64,000 nucleotides of DNA from Candidatus Moraniibacteriota bacterium (GCA_028711705.1 JAQTRS010000003.1:27818-91817), one strand, 5' to 3'. Shown: positions 9,541-19,817, numbered from the stretch's first letter. Notes: a model not told the origin generated them from the sequence alone. Translations and numbers: made by a program.

Positions 9541-9597
9541 CCCTACTACATAATCTGCCTACCTCTTAAAACAAAAAAATGTTATCCTGAAGGCGCT

Positions 9598-10863
9598 ATG
9601 AAGTCACAAAAAATCCTTCACTATCTCCTCCTTGCCACTATCCTGACGCTCCCTTTTTCCGGAGTCCGCTTTTTCATACTCGGAGTACCGATTTGTATGC
9701 CGGAATTGATGGTTATTTTCGCTTCTGCGATGTTTGTGTATATAAAATGGCATACTGACACCTTCAGAATGCAAAAGCTCCCACGATCGATTGTAGCGTC
9801 AATTACAATGATTGTTATCGGATTGTTTTCATCTTCGATTTTCAATGGCCTATCAACCGTTTCGCTCGGCATCATCAAAAGCTGGTTCTTCTTTCCCATA
9901 CTCTTCGCCTGGCTTCTTTTCCAATCATTCCACCTGCGATCGAGCGGCGCCAAAAACCTTCCTGAAAAAATGTCTCCACTTCCGCAATACACGCTGCTCA
10001 TCTGGTATATAACCCTCTCACTCACATCCATCGCGGCGCTTTCCTTTTTTTTCCAAAACGACTTGACTTATGACGGACGACTGAGGGCCTTTTATCTCTC
10101 TCCGAACTATCTCGCCCTCTTCCTTTTCCCGGGGGTTTTGCTCGGGTGGCATTTCCTCATAAAGTACTGGGTGCAAAGAAAGCCTTGGCTCTTTGCCATC
10201 GCTCTCGCTTCGTGGATGATGCTATGCGCCACGCTCTATCTCACGCTTTCCTATACCGTCATCACCGCATCGCTCCTGGGTTTTTTCATCGCTTTATTCC
10301 TTGCATCCAACCGATCTTATTTCTCACGCATCACTCTTATCGCGCTCTTCGTCAGCTCCATCTCCTTTTTCCTGCTCTTTCAGATGCACGGGCAAAAATT
10401 CTCCGATCTTATCCACTTCAATGAACGCTCCTCTTTGGTATCGCGCATGATGATCTGGCAGTCATCGATAAAAATGATCGCCGATCATCCCATTATCGGT
10501 ATCGGTCCGGGCAATTTCCAGACGACCTACCTCGACTACCAGTCATATTTCCCACCCTACCTTGAATGGGCTGTGCCGCATCCGCATAATCTCTACCTTG
10601 CCTTTTGGCTGCAAACAGGCATCATCGGACTAATCGGATTCATATGCCTCAACATTTTCTGGATACACCATATTAGCAGCTACGTGACTCACGGTACGAA
10701 AAAAGTGCCCTTCGCGTGGACGCTTCTTGGCATACTCATAGCGCTACTCTGTATCGGGCTGCTCGACACGCCATATTGGAAGAACGATCTTGCCTACACC
10801 TTCTGGCTACTGATCGCTCTTGGTCTCTACAAACCTTCTTTGGAAAAGGACATCAAAGCTTGA
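9598..10863 (+). CDS. O-antigen ligase family membrane protein
   Basis: RLRAFYLSPN, RMMIW...IGIGPGNF, PHPHNLYL; start MKSQK at 9598 preferred. Confidence 0.87.
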   Translation: MKSQKILHYLLLATILTLPFSGVRFFILGVPICMPELMVIFASAMFVYIKWHTDTFRMQKLPRSIVASITMIVIGLFSSSIFNGLSTVSLGIIKSWFFFPILFAWLLFQSFHLRSSGAKNLPEKMSPLPQYTLLIWYITLSLTSIAALSFFFQNDLTYDGRLRAFYLSPNYLALFLFPGVLLGWHFLIKYWVQRKPWLFAIALASWMMLCATLYLTLSYTVITASLLGFFIALFLASNRSYFSRITLIALFVSSISFFLLFQMHGQKFSDLIHFNERSSLVSRMMIWQSSIKMIADHPIIGIGPGNFQTTYLDYQSYFPPYLEWAVPHPHNLYLAFWLQTGIIGLIGFICLNIFWIHHISSYVTHGTKKVPFAWTLLGILIALLCIGLLDTPYWKNDLAYTFWLLIALGLYKPSLEKDIKA

Positions 10864-11989
10864 TGCTATAGAGTTTTCCGTCGGCACGATTCAAGAATAT
10901 GAGCAACGACTCATCATCATTCACCATCATCGATGCGGCATCGTAGCTTTTGGATATCTCTTTGGTTTCCACGATACGGCTCTTTTCGCCCGTTTCCATA
11001 TTCACCTTCCAAAACGTATCCTGTGTCAAAAGCGGCTTGGAAAAATAATCATTCGGCAAAATCGCATCATCCGGAAGCGATCCAGGCAAAGCATAGTACA
11101 CCGAGTCGCTATTTTTCGCCCAGACCGTTTTGGAAACCAGTGTCGGAATCTGGAGATTCTGATACTGGGCACCCTGATTGAGCAAAATGCCGAGCGTCGT
11201 CAGCATTCCGCCTTTCTGATCCGTCGAGCTCATCAAAAGTTTTTGCCCATCCGGGGAAAAAACATACTCCGCCCCGAACTTCCCGGAAAAAAGCGTCTTC
11301 ACATCACCACCAATAAGTGAAACGCTTCGCAAAGATGTTTCCTCGAAAGCATTGCCCTGATTCCAGAAGGCGAGCAACGAACCCTGCGGCATTACCATGG
11401 CATTCATATTCACAAACGGGCTATCCCCGATTTTTTTCCACTCGGAGCCGTTGGGATTCGCGATATTCAAAGAGCGCTCTTTGGTTTTGACATCATAATA
11501 TTTGTACACGATATGGTCCCCCAAATTCGTCCAGATCGGCGTCTCCATATTATCCTTGAGCGGCGTTTCGGTTTTCGCAACGGTATCCACCAAATACCAT
11601 TTGGCGCTATCGGCGATCTTCATTTCAACCAAAGCCTGCGTATGAAGCGGCGACCACACGGCGCGAAGCGGTTCCCCGGAAAGAGTCATGATCCGTGCTA
11701 CGGATTCCGTATCCAAAGAAATTTTCTTTATTTCCCTGCCTTGTACTGTGAAATACACAACCTGATTCCCTTCCAGATCATATGTCGGACTCATTATTTT
11801 TTCCTCGGTCAAAGCCTTGATATGAGCCTCTTCCTTTGGGACTTCAGGCGTCGTATTTTTCACCTCGATAGTTTTCGAATCGTTCACGAATGGGCTATTG
11901 ACATTATTTCGGAACGCGAAATTATACACCGCAAGCAAAAGCAATGCGATACCTAATACGACAGAAGAGATGAAAAACAATTTTTTCAT
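10853..11989 (-). CDS. Membrane-anchored beta-propeller (TolB-like) hypothetical protein
   Basis: N-terminal TM helix; WSP, FSPDGQK repeats. Confidence 0.6.
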   Translation of the reverse strand: MKKLFFISSVVLGIALLLLAVYNFAFRNNVNSPFVNDSKTIEVKNTTPEVPKEEAHIKALTEEKIMSPTYDLEGNQVVYFTVQGREIKKISLDTESVARIMTLSGEPLRAVWSPLHTQALVEMKIADSAKWYLVDTVAKTETPLKDNMETPIWTNLGDHIVYKYYDVKTKERSLNIANPNGSEWKKIGDSPFVNMNAMVMPQGSLLAFWNQGNAFEETSLRSVSLIGGDVKTLFSGKFGAEYVFSPDGQKLLMSSTDQKGGMLTTLGILLNQGAQYQNLQIPTLVSKTVWAKNSDSVYYALPGSLPDDAILPNDYFSKPLLTQDTFWKVNMETGEKSRIVETKEISKSYDAASMMVNDDESLLIFLNRADGKLYSIKL

Positions 11990-12022
11990 AGAAACATCAA
12001 TGAAAAAGAAATGAGCACGCCA

Positions 12023-12925
12023 TTAGAAACGGACATGAATATGGTCGGCCCCGACACAATCCGCCTTGTAATTCCCATTAACATCTTCGCAAAATGTTCC
12101 CGATCCGTTCGGATTATTAGGCAGGGCGCCCTTGAGGATAAACTGATCGCGAAGAGCAACGGAAGGAGGTGTGACATCAAAAGCATTGCCCGAATAATGC
12201 GCTGAGTTTGCAGCATGAGACCCTCCCGCGATACTGGTAATTTGGTAATTCCCATTCACGCTGCTGATGGCGGAAAGCATCGCTGCAGACGGTGTGACTT
12301 TTCCAGTGCAGGCAGCGCTCGTCGCATTGCAACCGCTGAAGCAAGCCGTCATAGACTGACCCTGCTTCGCTTCATTGATATTGGATTGGGGCGAAACGGC
12401 CGCACCGTTCGTATCCTTGCAATCCCCTCCATTGGCGAGTTTGCCATCAGCGATCTGGCTGGCAGCCTGTTGTGCTGAAGCAGACGGTACCGGAGCCGTG
12501 CCTCCGTTAACCGGCGTTGAGGATGTTCCGGTGCCGACACCGCTGAAATTAAGCGTGGTCAGATCCGGATTGATAGTGTTGACGATAAGCCATGCAGCCA
12601 ACCCGAGCGTCAACCCAATCAAGGCATCCTTGATGACGCCCTTCGCCGTGCTGGCCGATGAGGTATTTCCCGCACTCGTAAGGTACATGAATCCGCCGAC
12701 CGTCAGCATGAACATCGCCGAGATACCGATTATCCACAAAGCGAGCTGATAGACGGAACTCACATATTCAGGAAAGGTTTTATTGCCTTCGTATCCGGGA
12801 ATATTTTCCAATTGCTGGTACTGTGGCATCGATGCGGCATCGATAGCAAAAGCGTCTTGTCCTCCAAAAACGACTACCGCGATACCGATCGCAAACGCTA
12901 TCACATAAAGACGAGATGATTTCAT
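12023..12925 (-). CDS. VirB2/TrbC-like pilin domain fused to an M15-type Zn peptidase domain
   Basis: Signal peptide; GGFMYLTSAGN...AKGVIKDALIGL...IVNTINPDL pilin-like helical hairpin; C-terminal HYSGNAFD (H-x6-D) and DHIH. Confidence 0.72.
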   Translation of the reverse strand: MKSSRLYVIAFAIGIAVVVFGGQDAFAIDAASMPQYQQLENIPGYEGNKTFPEYVSSVYQLALWIIGISAMFMLTVGGFMYLTSAGNTSSASTAKGVIKDALIGLTLGLAAWLIVNTINPDLTTLNFSGVGTGTSSTPVNGGTAPVPSASAQQAASQIADGKLANGGDCKDTNGAAVSPQSNINEAKQGQSMTACFSGCNATSAACTGKVTPSAAMLSAISSVNGNYQITSIAGGSHAANSAHYSGNAFDVTPPSVALRDQFILKGALPNNPNGSGTFCEDVNGNYKADCVGADHIHVRF

Positions 12926-12954
12926 AAAAATATTCTTAGATACTCACACATATA

Positions 12955-15585
12955 TTACTGCACTTTTTTCTCCGGAATGAAAGAGAAGGTGATTCCTAGC
13001 GCCAACAAAATAAGGCCCATAGTCACCACCAATCTGAAAAAGAAGATCACTGAAGCAGGCACATACGAGATGATGCTGGCGAAAAACTTCTTTGAACTAT
13101 CCAAAGGCCCCGAGGCGAGCTGCCCGGTGTTTTGAATCATTTCAACCTGAACACTGCGTGACAGCTTCACGTCGACCACATCGGCTATAGAAACGCCCCA
13201 GATATCGAATAGGGCTTTTTTATTCTTCGCAGGCGGCACATATACACCGCTTAAAGAAACGGAGTAGACCATCCCTGGCACAGCCGCCGTATCGGAGACC
13301 TGAATCAAACCGGAAGCATCCGCCATCACCGAGGAGCCGTTCACGGACCAAGCGACATTGGCGCCGCTCTTCAATGAATTAGGATAGAACAATCCTTTCA
13401 AAGCAAACGATCCCCCAGAGAAAGATTCAAACATATCTTTGCTATAATTATCCGTTGTGGCGCCATTCGCATCCACGTACTGTCCAAGGTATTTCGGCCA
13501 CACATTGCCGGTATCTGAGGAGATGATAAGCACGGAAGGATCAACGACACGAAAAACCCTATTCAAAGTCAACGACTTCCCCGACAAAGGATTGGTCGCT
13601 GTCATAGCAATCGTATATGATTCACCGACATCGCCCGTCACGGGAAAATAATTCACCGTGCCGAATTCGGGCTTATTCGGATCGCAGGCATTTGAATTAG
13701 AGACGCTCAAGGAACATTTGAACGGCTTATTGTTGATCAGCCACGAAATATCGGATCCGCTATTCGCCGGGAAACCGAGCACATCAGCATCGAAATCCAG
13801 TCCAATAATCTGTCCTTTTACGACAGGACAGACGGCGCGATCCTCAACAGTATCTTCACACAGCAATCCCGTATCAGACGCCGACGCCGACGCGAATTTC
13901 AACTTCCAGTTCGCATCGACATCGACTGAGTGCGTCTGTATCTGAGCCTGCGACTGCACTATCTTCACCACCACAGAACTTCGCCCCACGCGCTTCTGAT
14001 TCGAATCGTAATTCTCTGTCGCCGTCACATTGATACGGAAATAACCTATAGCGTCCTCAAAGTACCGATCAAAAAAATCCTGACCATTGGCCTTGGTCCC
14101 CTCTTTGACATTTAAATTTATCTTCAACGAAGGCAAATCGCTTCCGGAAACGCTCGAGATGGCATGCGCGTCAATGAGTCCTTTGGTGATATCTTCCCAG
14201 GCCGTATCGTCCGTCTGCGACTTGCTGCTATTGGCATACACCTTCCATTCATAGGATATATTAGAGTCCTTAGTGGCTGAATTGATCAATACCGCATGCG
14301 TGGTCAAAAGATCGCCACGATTGTCAGGATTGTTCTGTGAAAAGGAATCTATGACCGGATTTTCGGGAGTAGCCGTCAACTGGATCTCGAACTTACCGGC
14401 TTGATTGCCGTTCGTTGGATCAACCAAGTTGTCCGCGATACAATCATTCAAATCTTGATCGGCTGTGGGAATCTGTGCGGTTCCCCCGTTATAGGGCGCA
14501 CCAGACATATACCTCCCTGTCGGCCGCGGCGTGCACTGATTCTTCGCGAAAGCCCATGTCACCTGCATGGATGAATCCTGATACTTCGTCGCATTCATCG
14601 ACAAACCCTCAATCACGACACCTACTTGATCCTTGGAAGCATAATTCCATGTGAATTTATCCTGACCCAAACCGACAACGTTGGCCTCATCCTTATTGCC
14701 ATTTTGTGCCGTGCTTGGATCCTTGGGATCCGTGTGCCAAAATTCCTCTTCACTATTTCCGAAAGCACCATCTCCTGTGGTATGACCGGGCGCATCAGGA
14801 AAAAGATGCTCGCAGCCGCTGCCGATCCAATCGCCATTCGTGTTGTAGTGTTCCAATTCGTAGTCCACGCCAGTCTCGAAATCATGGATATAGCAGTATC
14901 CGCTCGTACTCCTGTCACCACCGAATTGAGCCCTGTACTCGTCATTATCACCGCCGGGCTGGCCATAATTCACCTGATCGCCAGCAAAGCCGCCATTCGT
15001 AACCCGGCGCATAGCCTCTATCTTCCAGTCCTCGATGGTAATCTTATTGTTATTATCAAGATCGCATAATTTCTTTTCCAAAGCACTCAGGTTGCTTGTT
15101 TTCAGATCACACTCTTTGCGCTTGAGGTACCATGTGAAATACAGATTCTCCTTCTGGCTTGAGAAATATAGAGGGAAAGCCTGAGCGGTTATCTCCTGGC
15201 CGTTTTTTGGATCGGTAGGATTAAAAAAAAGATTCATCTGCGGCGCCATTTCCTTGTTTGGGGAGATGTTCATACCTTCACCAAGATTCTGTATAGAAAG
15301 CGGATTAAGGTGATAGCGCTTTTCGATGTCGTCTATGATGCTATTGGCCGAACCGGATCCGAATGTTCCTGCGCCGAACGCATCGGCTCCGAATGATCCG
15401 GGATTGAATGATCCGGAACTGCCAGAAAGACTCCCGATATCGAACAAGTCTGCATTGGCAGGTGTCGGACTCACGAAGGCGAAAATGATCTGGAAGAAAA
15501 TGATACTTACAGTTATTGTTTTGTAAAGATATTTTGTTTTTGTGGCCATGGCGTGTTTCATACAAATAGATGTTTTATACGACAC
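12955..15585 (-). CDS. Large secreted/surface protein with C-terminal TM anchor
   Basis: Signal peptide ending PANA; D/N/G-rich with paired Cys; hydrophobic C-terminus plus basic tail; start may be 15552. Confidence 0.7.
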   Translation of the reverse strand: MSYKTSICMKHAMATKTKYLYKTITVSIIFFQIIFAFVSPTPANADLFDIGSLSGSSGSFNPGSFGADAFGAGTFGSGSANSIIDDIEKRYHLNPLSIQNLGEGMNISPNKEMAPQMNLFFNPTDPKNGQEITAQAFPLYFSSQKENLYFTWYLKRKECDLKTSNLSALEKKLCDLDNNNKITIEDWKIEAMRRVTNGGFAGDQVNYGQPGGDNDEYRAQFGGDRSTSGYCYIHDFETGVDYELEHYNTNGDWIGSGCEHLFPDAPGHTTGDGAFGNSEEEFWHTDPKDPSTAQNGNKDEANVVGLGQDKFTWNYASKDQVGVVIEGLSMNATKYQDSSMQVTWAFAKNQCTPRPTGRYMSGAPYNGGTAQIPTADQDLNDCIADNLVDPTNGNQAGKFEIQLTATPENPVIDSFSQNNPDNRGDLLTTHAVLINSATKDSNISYEWKVYANSSKSQTDDTAWEDITKGLIDAHAISSVSGSDLPSLKINLNVKEGTKANGQDFFDRYFEDAIGYFRINVTATENYDSNQKRVGRSSVVVKIVQSQAQIQTHSVDVDANWKLKFASASASDTGLLCEDTVEDRAVCPVVKGQIIGLDFDADVLGFPANSGSDISWLINNKPFKCSLSVSNSNACDPNKPEFGTVNYFPVTGDVGESYTIAMTATNPLSGKSLTLNRVFRVVDPSVLIISSDTGNVWPKYLGQYVDANGATTDNYSKDMFESFSGGSFALKGLFYPNSLKSGANVAWSVNGSSVMADASGLIQVSDTAAVPGMVYSVSLSGVYVPPAKNKKALFDIWGVSIADVVDVKLSRSVQVEMIQNTGQLASGPLDSSKKFFASIISYVPASVIFFFRLVVTMGLILLALGITFSFIPEKKVQ

Positions 15586-15612
15586 TCGTATTTTTTGGTC
15601 AGGTGCGTGTGT

Positions 15613-16257
15613 TTATTTTACAAAAAGAACCGCGCTTGCTATCCCAAGTATAGCAGAGATATATGAAAATAAAAACGAGTATACTATTGAGCGTGATTGC
15701 GCGACGAGAAATCCCGAAAAAACAGCCATGGCAATCGCGATAAGAAATAATATATCCACTTTTCCGTGCGAACCTGCCACTAAAAACAACATGAAGAGCA
15801 GTGTCTGCATCGCTATCGCCTTCATCCCCCCGAATTTTTCCCACACGAAGAATACGAAACCTCGGAAGAAGAATTCGAAAATAAAGATATATACCCCGGT
15901 CACGAATAGGTAGAGGAGGAACATAAGGAAGCTCACGCGTATCGACAATGGCACCGCGAATCGGGCAAGGATATCCGTATAGTGGATCACCGCGGCCAGG
16001 CCTGCGACAATTCCCGAAAGCAGCACGATCATCCACAAGCTGCCTCGCAGCATCTTACCCAAAGAAAAACCGTATTCAGAAAGATCTCCTTTAAGGAGAA
16101 ACTTGACAAAGAATATCGGGAGAATGACCAGAAACACGCTGTCAGAAATGAGTGATTGAATAGCATTCTCGGTCGGGAAAAACGCCGCGGCCAACAAGCT
16201 AGCTACGATAATCGCATTACTCATCCAAAATTGCTTATTGTGTATCGACAGAGTCAT
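15613..16257 (-). CDS. CPBP/Abi-family intramembrane protease-like protein (degenerate)
   Basis: EYGFSLG, FEFFFRG, RSIVYSFL; multiple TM helices. Confidence 0.65.
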   Translation of the reverse strand: MTLSIHNKQFWMSNAIIVASLLAAAFFPTENAIQSLISDSVFLVILPIFFVKFLLKGDLSEYGFSLGKMLRGSLWMIVLLSGIVAGLAAVIHYTDILARFAVPLSIRVSFLMFLLYLFVTGVYIFIFEFFFRGFVFFVWEKFGGMKAIAMQTLLFMLFLVAGSHGKVDILFLIAIAMAVFSGFLVAQSRSIVYSFLFSYISAILGIASAVLFVK

Positions 16258-16268
16258 TTCTTTGTATG

Positions 16269-16691
16269 TTAAGCCTCCAATTCAACGCGACTCTTACTTG
16301 CCTTCTTATCTATAAAATAAATGAATAAGACTGTCATGGTTTCTATGGGGAGCATATTGATTCCGATAAGCACACCTTCTGTCAGTGTTCCGATAAGCAA
16401 TATCAGGCTTTTTTTTGCGAGCGAGTATCGCTGGCCAGACCCACTCAGCATCAGCAAGAAAAAGATGAGGATGGAAAAGCAGAGCGTGATGATCGTCCCA
16501 AGCCCAGGAAGCGATCCTATGAATACCAAGTCAAGCAGATCTTTAAGGATGGCCACACAGAGCGCTGGCATATAGGAAAAGAAGGATACCGGCCGACCCG
16601 AGACTACCTGCCCTTTCGTGAGATGCCCCTGCGATTGCCTCCTGGCCTCGCGCTGGGTCGCCTTAAGCTTTTCATTCCATGTCGCATCCAT
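16269..16691 (-). CDS. Hypothetical membrane protein
   Basis: 140-aa ORF with hydrophobic segments, tightly coupled to virB4. Confidence 0.65.
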   Translation of the reverse strand: MDATWNEKLKATQREARRQSQGHLTKGQVVSGRPVSFFSYMPALCVAILKDLLDLVFIGSLPGLGTIITLCFSILIFFLLMLSGSGQRYSLAKKSLILLIGTLTEGVLIGINMLPIETMTVLFIYFIDKKASKSRVELEA

Positions 16692-16694
16692 AGA

Positions 16695-18512
16695 TTAGCT
16701 GTTTTCATTCTCTTGATCAAAATCACGCTTCGCCTGTTCGATTTCCAAGAGCTGCCGCGGATCCGAAGTGATGATCTGATCCTCGCTATAGGACGCGATA
16801 ATTTTGATCGCCACATGCTTGGTGCCTGCAAAAAAGATCCCTTCCCCGACATTGCTTTCCAAAAGCAGGAACTTTTCATGATCGGTAAGATAGAAGGTTT
16901 CCGCGATCAGCTCGATAGACGCCGGGGATTGGCGTAGCAAAAGCTGCAGCGATGAGTTGGTCAGGATGGGTTTCCCATAGCGCGAGTGCATGAAATCACC
17001 AATATCCTGCGTAATCGTCGTCAGTCCCGTATAGTATTTGCGGCAGCGCTTGGCGATGCCATAGAGAAACGAAGCCGCATCCTCATGCTGCATCATCACC
17101 CACGCCTCATCCACGACGACGATGCGTTTCTTGAGCTCTGAGCGCATCTCATTCCAGATGAACTGCAGGATGATGTACATGGCGATAGGACGAAGCTCCT
17201 CCTCCAAATCACGGATATTGAAGACCACCAGCTGTTCCCGCAAGGACACATTCGTATGGCTGCTCAAAAAGCCCGCGAAGATGCCTTCGGTATACTTCTC
17301 AAGACGGGCTGCCAAAGACTCGGCGCCTTCCATATTCTTCAATACCTCATACAGGTCCACCATAGTAGGGAAGGCGTTGGATGGTATGTCTTTGAAGCGT
17401 CCCGTCGGTGTTATATCGCGGATAGCATAGGTTTCCCGTAAGGCGCGATCCAAAATCGAGTCTTCTTCCGGTGTCAGGTTGCCAAGCATCAGGTGGATCA
17501 AACCGATAAGGCCGGCAATAGTGTTTCGGAGCACCGCCGTCAGATCCTCGTCCTCGCCAACGCGCGGCAAATCGAACGGATTGAGGTGAAAACTCGTGCT
17601 CAGGTTGATGTCGATAAACGATCCGCCGACCATCTCGCACAAGTGACGGTACTCGTTTTCCGGATCGATAATGATCACGCCCGTGCCGAGCATCATCGAA
17701 CGCAGCACCTCAAGCTTCACGGTATAACTTTTTCCGGCACCGGATTTTGCGAACACCACCATATTGGCATTTTCCAATTTGAACCTATCGAATAGGATAA
17801 GACTATTATTGTGGCGATTGATACCATACAAGATGCCCTCATTTGAGGAAAGATCAGCGGAAACGAAGGGGAAGGTAGTGGAAAGCGGTGCGGTATTGAG
17901 ATTGTTGGCGATATCCAACACATCGGTCACGAGCGGACGGGTCGAAACGAATCCCTGCTCCATGCGCAGCACGGCCGGCTTGATATAGACCAGCTGCGAT
18001 TCCAGGATCGCCTCCACAGCCTGACTCATCCGATTGAGCTCATCTAGAGTTTGCGCGTACAATGTGATATATAGGCCAAAGCGGAAGAATTTTTCCGTCC
18101 CCTGCTGCAATTTATCCCGCAATTCTTCGATATCAGTAAGCGCTGTTTCAAGTATCGGATCACGCACTTTTCCACCTTCCTCCTCGATATGGATCTGCGA
18201 CTGCACCTGGGTCACGGATTTTCGCAGGTTTTTCAATATTTCCCGGGTATCGATCGGATGGATCATCATGGCAATATCCAAGGGAAAGTCCAGGTTAACG
18301 ATAGGCGAGAACCAATTCGTATTCAAATAGCGGGGATAGGCGACCACGAAATGCGTGCGTGCTATCGTTTCCCCCACCTGCATATAATTGGAACTGAGCT
18401 TGATCGCCGACGGAGCGATAAGGTCACGTATCGTCGCGATGCCTTTTTGATACAGTTCCTCACTTGCCAAAAATTCATCGGTAGTTATTTTATTTTTTGA
18501 AAAAAATGCCAT
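16695..18512 (-). CDS. virB4: VirB4-like type IV secretion ATPase
   Basis: GILYGINRHN, Walker A AKSGAGKS, IIDPENEY, VVDEAW, RKY...ITQD. Confidence 0.92.
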   Translation of the reverse strand: MAFFSKNKITTDEFLASEELYQKGIATIRDLIAPSAIKLSSNYMQVGETIARTHFVVAYPRYLNTNWFSPIVNLDFPLDIAMMIHPIDTREILKNLRKSVTQVQSQIHIEEEGGKVRDPILETALTDIEELRDKLQQGTEKFFRFGLYITLYAQTLDELNRMSQAVEAILESQLVYIKPAVLRMEQGFVSTRPLVTDVLDIANNLNTAPLSTTFPFVSADLSSNEGILYGINRHNNSLILFDRFKLENANMVVFAKSGAGKSYTVKLEVLRSMMLGTGVIIIDPENEYRHLCEMVGGSFIDINLSTSFHLNPFDLPRVGEDEDLTAVLRNTIAGLIGLIHLMLGNLTPEEDSILDRALRETYAIRDITPTGRFKDIPSNAFPTMVDLYEVLKNMEGAESLAARLEKYTEGIFAGFLSSHTNVSLREQLVVFNIRDLEEELRPIAMYIILQFIWNEMRSELKKRIVVVDEAWVMMQHEDAASFLYGIAKRCRKYYTGLTTITQDIGDFMHSRYGKPILTNSSLQLLLRQSPASIELIAETFYLTDHEKFLLLESNVGEGIFFAGTKHVAIKIIASYSEDQIITSDPRQLLEIEQAKRDFDQENENS

Positions 18513-18548
18513 ACTGTGATTCTCTTGTTATATATTCACACCCCCATA

Positions 18549-19235
18549 CTATACCAGCGAACTCAGCTCGATATCCTTGATATTATTGGTCAATGTCGTG
18601 GAGAATAACGATGGGTTATAGGTATTGTAGAGCAATTCGATAGTCTCTTCCGTGTTCAGTGCCGCAACTTTCACGCCGGTCCCGGAAAGCCCCATGGTCA
18701 CGTGATCCACGCGTTGCCAGAGTTGGTTCTTATAGGTTTCAAAGAGTTCTCGCTGTTCATGTATGGCTTGTTTGGGATTAAGGATATTGCCTATCTTCTC
18801 AAAAAAGCCGCTATGTTCATCCTCGATAGCTGCGAAAGGCACGATAACATAGAAATACTTCGACATGATGTCGGATACTTCCGTAAGATTCTTGATAAAA
18901 TGTTGATACTCGGATATCTGAAGCCGCAAAAGCTCATTCATCTGCTCTTCCTCCTTTTCCTTGAGGAGCTGCAAATAGGGCTCTATATTGAATCTGCGAG
19001 AATGGATAAGCACCTGCACCGGAAAATCCAATGAATTGAGAAAAGCTTGGTACTGAGAAATGATAGCATCCTGCTCTTCGGTCGATTTCAGATCGAAATT
19101 CAGAGAGGATACTAAAAGAATAGCGCGCAAACCCCCGTTTCGCAGGACGACCACACCATCGCGAACCTCCTTCACATCGACGTATTGTTGTGTGCTCGCA
19201 TTCGATGATTTTTTGTTTTTCTGGGAACTCTCCAT
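18549..19235 (-). CDS. VirB4-associated (TraC/TraE N-terminal-like) protein
   Basis: SSLNFDLKSTEEQDAIISQYQAFLNSLDFPVQVLIHSR; lies between prgI and virB4. Confidence 0.7.
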   Translation of the reverse strand: MESSQKNKKSSNASTQQYVDVKEVRDGVVVLRNGGLRAILLVSSLNFDLKSTEEQDAIISQYQAFLNSLDFPVQVLIHSRRFNIEPYLQLLKEKEEEQMNELLRLQISEYQHFIKNLTEVSDIMSKYFYVIVPFAAIEDEHSGFFEKIGNILNPKQAIHEQRELFETYKNQLWQRVDHVTMGLSGTGVKVAALNTEETIELLYNTYNPSLFSTTLTNNIKDIELSSLV

Positions 19236-19250
19236 AAGATAGCTGCTTGA

Positions 19251-19649
19251 TTATTTTTGATTGTCGACTATTTTCGCCAGACGACTCACTTCATCCGCTG
19301 TCACCACTTTCTGCACGCTCACTATATGTGCCTCAGGCGTTTCCTTCACCTTCTTCGCGGATATGACTTTTGTAGGACGGTCCCATACATACACCTTCGG
19401 ACGCACTATGAACAGTATAGCATTGCCGATAAAGACGATGAGGGGCTGATTATACGGCCGATAGAAAGCGAGCGCCACAAAAATGCACACTACCGGCACG
19501 GCCGCTATAAAAAAAGCGAGCGGGTCATAGATATTCCAGAGTATCATGAGTACAGCAACCATGCCGATCATCCAAAGCAGCTGTTTCACGGTCAAAGGAC
19601 CTGCCACCTTATCTTCGACATCGATATATTGTGGGACATTGAATAGCAT
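19251..19649 (-). CDS. PrgI family (VirB3-like) protein
   Basis: FNVPQYIDVEDKVAGPLTVKQ followed by two TM helices. Confidence 0.85.
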   Translation of the reverse strand: MLFNVPQYIDVEDKVAGPLTVKQLLWMIGMVAVLMILWNIYDPLAFFIAAVPVVCIFVALAFYRPYNQPLIVFIGNAILFIVRPKVYVWDRPTKVISAKKVKETPEAHIVSVQKVVTADEVSRLAKIVDNQK

Positions 19650-19817
19650 AAGTGGAAGCGCTTTTTGAATAAAATGTTCACTACTCCGGAAAAAATGGCG
19701 TTGTGTCGTTCAAAACGCAACTTAGGTGAAGTTGTTTAGTGGCAACAAACAACAATTGCGGCTCTTGCTCGCCGACACGATGAATAGGAAATGCTACCTT
19801 TTCAGTATACCATACCT

